Part shown: piece by piece, positions 60,042 through 64,000 of the stretch
How the letters are laid out: each line of letters opens with the position of its first letter
Numbering within the stretch: the first letter of the stretch is position 1
Source of the DNA: Selaginella moellendorffii
Taxonomy: Eukaryota > Plantae > Lycopodiophyta
Assembly: GCF_000143415.4 (NCBI RefSeq)
Contig: NW_003314302.1
Coordinates: 578,258 to 642,257 of the forward strand
Length of the DNA stretch: 64,000 bases
Reading direction: 5' to 3'
The notes under the pieces: generated by a model
What the model was told of the DNA's origin: nothing
Databases searched by the model: none
The model's input: only the letters and a program-made list of their open reading frames with translations
Program-made: the position numbers and the translations under genes

Positions 60042-60198
60042 ACCGTCGGATGGAATCCAACGGTTTGTGTTTGACATCCTCTGCCACCGTCGGATACCAT
60101 CCAACGGCTCCATTTGAAACACCACTTTATACCGTCCGATGGAATCCAACGGTTTGTGCTGGTTGTGCTACCTCCACCGTTCGATACCATCCAACGGC
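60042..60198. promoter_or_regulatory. Duplicated module of inverted MSA-like (TCCAACGG) pairs in a divergent promoter
   Basis: Two copies 89 bp apart, each with two ACCGTYSGAT...ATCCAACGG palindromic pairs. Confidence 0.55.
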
Positions 60199-60299
60199 GT
60201 TATTAGGACGAATTTCTCTCTCGCTCTAGCGCGGACGCTACTGTGGGATCGCGCCGCTGTATCCAAGCCTCTTGGACGAGCTCCGCCACTTCGCGCTCT

Positions 60300-62345
60300 C
60301 CAGATCATCGGCCGGGGCTTGCATCACTCTCGACAAGGCGCGTTACGATGTTTGGGAATCAGTGTCCACCGAGCACTTTGAGTTCTTCGGCGCTTCTTTC
60401 GTTGCTCTGGCGCTGGATCTTTGCCGCTACTCCGAGGTCGAGGATGCTCCTATGGCAGTCGGGTGGGATCAACTGGATTCTTTCCTTTGAAAGCTGGAAG
60501 ATCTCTTTCTTTCTTCGATCTAAACCAGATTGTAGGGCCTCAAGAGGCAGAATGAGAGCGGGACTATCGTCGTCGACCGAGAGGCAATCGATTTACGTAA
60601 GTTCTAGTGCCAGCTCTCTCCATTTCTCGACGCTTGAACGTGATCCAGGACTTTGTGAGATGCATCGCCAGTTGAAGCTTCACGATCCTGTGAGCTCGCA
60701 ACACGAGCTCGTCGAGGTCTCTCGCGACGATGTGTTCGAGTGACGGAGCCTCTCTGCCAGCTTTTCTTTACGTGGCTCTTGGCGAAGCCTGAGCGCTTTC
60801 AATCAAGCCGTGGAGGTGCTCAAGTACATCCTCCGTCATACCAGCATCAGCGATGCGGATCGACAGGGGCCGATGAAGCTGCCCATGCCGCCACAGCTTG
60901 CGGAGGAGCTGCCAGTGGACCTGGCAATAGTGTTTGCTCTCAACTCGAACAAGCAGAATGTCATGAAGCCACTCTCCTCGGCCGGTCTGGAGCAGCTGGA
61001 GAGCTGGCTTTGGTTTCGGATGGGGACGATACATCAAGCGCTGCCATTCAGGATATACCAAGCCTGCCAGCATCACTCATCCAGAAGCTCATTCAAGTTA
61101 TTGTTAGCTCCATTGTTTCTTTCAGCTTTCACTAACAAAATAGAGCTCGTTTGGATGCAGGACGTAAAGGCTGCAGATGGTGATTTTCAAGTAGTGACGA
61201 TCGCGAGCAGAGGCTTCAATGAGCTCGTCACCAAAATGGAGGTCCACTCGTCGGTTTTGGAGCTCGAGTGCAGTGAAACAACGGTGATCATGGCTCGGCT
61301 CTTCCACTCGTGGCTGCGCTGCTGCGGCGGCCAGTTCAAGCACAAGCTCATGGTCGATCAGATCAGCAAGGACTACACCCTGATGGGATGGCCGCCATGC
61401 AAGAACTTGTCGCTCCTGCAGGAGGTGCGATCAACTTTGATCATGAGCAGCCATGGGTTTTTACCGCTCGAACAAGCTCGGGACCGATACAAGATATGGA
61501 TGCGGAGTGTCCCCGAGCGCCTCCGAAATCTCAAGTGCGACAAGAGCTTTGCAACTTTGTGGCTGCGGTGAGCATGGAAGACATAGACTGCAGTAACTCG
61601 AGCTATATAAGCATGGAGATCCTGGAGCAAATGCGCTGCCATGCAGCTGCAGGAAGATACCACCTCTTGAGGCCACTCCTTGGTGAGGATGAATCTAGCG
61701 AGGATGGCGGCGCAAGTCATGTGGTTAGACATTTTGTGGAGGTTCTGCAATACATTCTCTTTTTTTCTTCGATGTCCTCTTAACCTTATGTTGCAGGAGT
61801 TGCGATCCTGGAAGCGTAGTGACATCTGGAGCGACGTTGAAAACTTTTGGGAGGACAGCTACGACTATATGGTGCCAGATTACTATAGTGCTGATTTTCC
61901 AGGTCGATCAAGTCCCATAATTTGGAAGTTCTCTCTTAAACCTTCCTGGTAAACTGGTCATGTAGGCGCTATGAGACACTATGTGGAGCATCACTTGGCA
62001 AAGGCAACAATAGTACTGTGCAAGGATGTGACGGAACCAGTGCTTCGAACCCTATACACTTGGCAAAGACACCATGACTTTGGTAGTCTTGGAACTGCAG
62101 ATCCAAAGGCTTTGGAGAGCTTGATGTATTGCTCATACCTCCATGGAGGAAGCAACTTGCTTGAGGCTACTGAACAAGACCTTAAGGAACGTACCTATGC
62201 AACAAGCACTGACACAGTCGCTCTTGTGATAGGAGAGTGCCAAGTTGGAGCATTGGTGCATAGGCGCATTGTGGTATTAAAGTGTTGTCTTCATTGTTTT
62301 TTGGTTTTGAGAGTTCTAGTGCATGGATGACAAGACTTCAGGAGA
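60300..62345 (+). CDS. Unknown multi-exon gene or pseudogene; boundaries uncertain
   Basis: GC-rich codon-like blocks separated by T-rich GT-AG segments (e.g. ...ttgcag|GAGTTG at about 61797, ccag|gt at about 61903, tgtag|GC at about 61966); no recognisable family. Confidence 0.4.
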
Positions 62346-62399
62346 GTAGGCAACTTGAAGTATTTGATTATATAATAAAAAAATTCTGTCCATTTCATT

Positions 62400-62800
62400 G
62401 TTTGGTTTGCTTAATAGTAGTGTTAGTATTATATATTAATCCAATTGATCAATTATTAACACAACTAGAATATACTAGGAAGTGCTAAAAAAATTAACAT
62501 ATTTATAAATTGTAAATCAAAAATATCCCTAAATATCCAAGGACATTCTAGGTATATCCACTACCATCTCTAAATATTTGCTTAAGTAATGATTTTTTAG
62601 GTGTGCTTAATAGTAGTGTTTATTATTTATTAATCCAATCAATCAATTGGAACTTTATAATTATAAAAATATTTATAATTTATAAACACAAGATTAATCT
62701 TATTTTCTAGGAAGTGTTTAGGTAAGTTTATAAATTATAAATACAAGAAATGAATAAAAACTATTAAATGGTAGAATATCCTAGAGTATACAGGTATATT
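62400..62800. repeat. AT-rich dispersed repeat, copy 3 (diverged)
   Basis: ttaatccaattgatcaa, tataatttataaacacaagattaatcttatt and ggtagaatatcctag shared with copies 1 and 2. Confidence 0.65.
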
Positions 62801-64000
62801 TTACCTACCTCACTCTTCAAGATTTTAGAATATATTTTATAGTATAATAAAACAAACAATAACATGGTAAGAATAGATATTTCTATGAAGTAAAACTAGT
62901 TAAAATTAAGGTGTAAGTAACCAAAGAGAGAAAATCCATTAAGGTTTCAATATAAAGCTTATAAAACCCATTAGGTTAGAGTTTTGGCATATTTGAGGTT
63001 AGATATTTTTTAGTTTTAGTTTGAATAGTGTTGGGTTGGATAACTAATCTAGATTCAAGGGTTTATATTTAGTATCATAAGAGGCCACACCATATGTTGA
63101 AATTACACCACATGTTAAAGTTAACTAAAGGAATCACACTATATATTAAAGTTAGCTAAAGAAATCATATTGAAATTAATATCTAATGGTCTAGTTTACT
63201 TTGATCCATTAGAGTTTTAATATAAATGGAAAAGGCTCCATTTTTCCAATTGGTTAAGGGTCTTAAGATATTTAGGGTTTAATTTCAGGTTGATGCAAAT
63301 TGACATATAATAGTTTAGTTTACTCTGATTCATTAGGGATTTAATTAAGGTTTTAATATAGAGGGAAAGGGCAGAGGTGGTCTAAACTTGAGTTGAGTTT
63401 AACTCAAGACAAGTAAACTCAAGTCAACGCAGTCAACTAGAAATTTTACAAAATAAATATAAATTGAAGAAATGAAAGTTTTGATGAACTTTAAAATATT
63501 AAAACATGGAAGTACATGGGTAAAATATTTCTATAAGATTGAGTCCTTTAGAAAAATTAAAGTTTATAAGAATCTATCGTTTTTATAGCTATATTATTTT
63601 ACTATGAACTATTTTTACAATTGCCACATTTTGGTTTTTTTAGTTTTTGAAACATTTTAACAACTAAACATTATTAGTTTATATTGGCCAAGGCAATATA
63701 TATTTATATATTATTCTTTCATTTGAAAGATTTTTCTAAAGTTCTTGAGAAAATAGGAAGCATAGAAACAAAAGATCTATGAATAAGAGTTATAGTGCAA
63801 AGGAATGTAAGAATATTAATTTCATTTCACTACCACAATTTTTATATTACACTTTTGGTCCTTATTACTTATCCGAGAATGTGGAGACTATTGTCACAAT
63901 TGATAAAAATGCTCTTGTTATTTATAAATCAACAGTGTAGAGCAAAAGAAATAAAGAAATAAACAACATGGCAAAAAAACACTAATAAATCTACTTTATA

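Overview
Eukaryotic plant nuclear DNA with very short introns (about 50-110 nt) and PLS-class PPRs. This is most consistent with a lycophyte such as Selaginella (inference). Left arm: a zeta-crystallin-like quinone oxidoreductase (+) is tail-to-tail with an aldehyde oxidase (-), followed by a frameshifted, secreted, Cys-rich KP4-killer-toxin-like gene and decayed fragments. The centre (about 10.5-50.8 kb) is one nested stack of Ty3/gypsy LTR retrotransposons that can be resolved by target-site duplications (TSDs). An old host element A contains a deleted element and a 35.7-kb interval bounded by the LTRs of element B. B in turn holds a Tcn1/Tf1-sushi-like chromovirus (self-priming PBS, GGGAAAC -1 frameshift), chromovirus C, a very young chromovirus D, a non-coding LARD-like element E and a solo LTR. 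The most striking feature is in element D: its integrase is split by two short canonical GT-AG introns. Removing them restores an intact 1557-aa Gag-Pol, while retaining them truncates integrase before its catalytic Glu or before its chromodomain. Right arm: NADH kinase (NADK3-like), a DUF1191 membrane protein, a PLS-E PPR, a possible degenerate PARP-fold gene and an unknown multi-exon gene sharing an MSA-rich bidirectional promoter, then AT-rich repeats.
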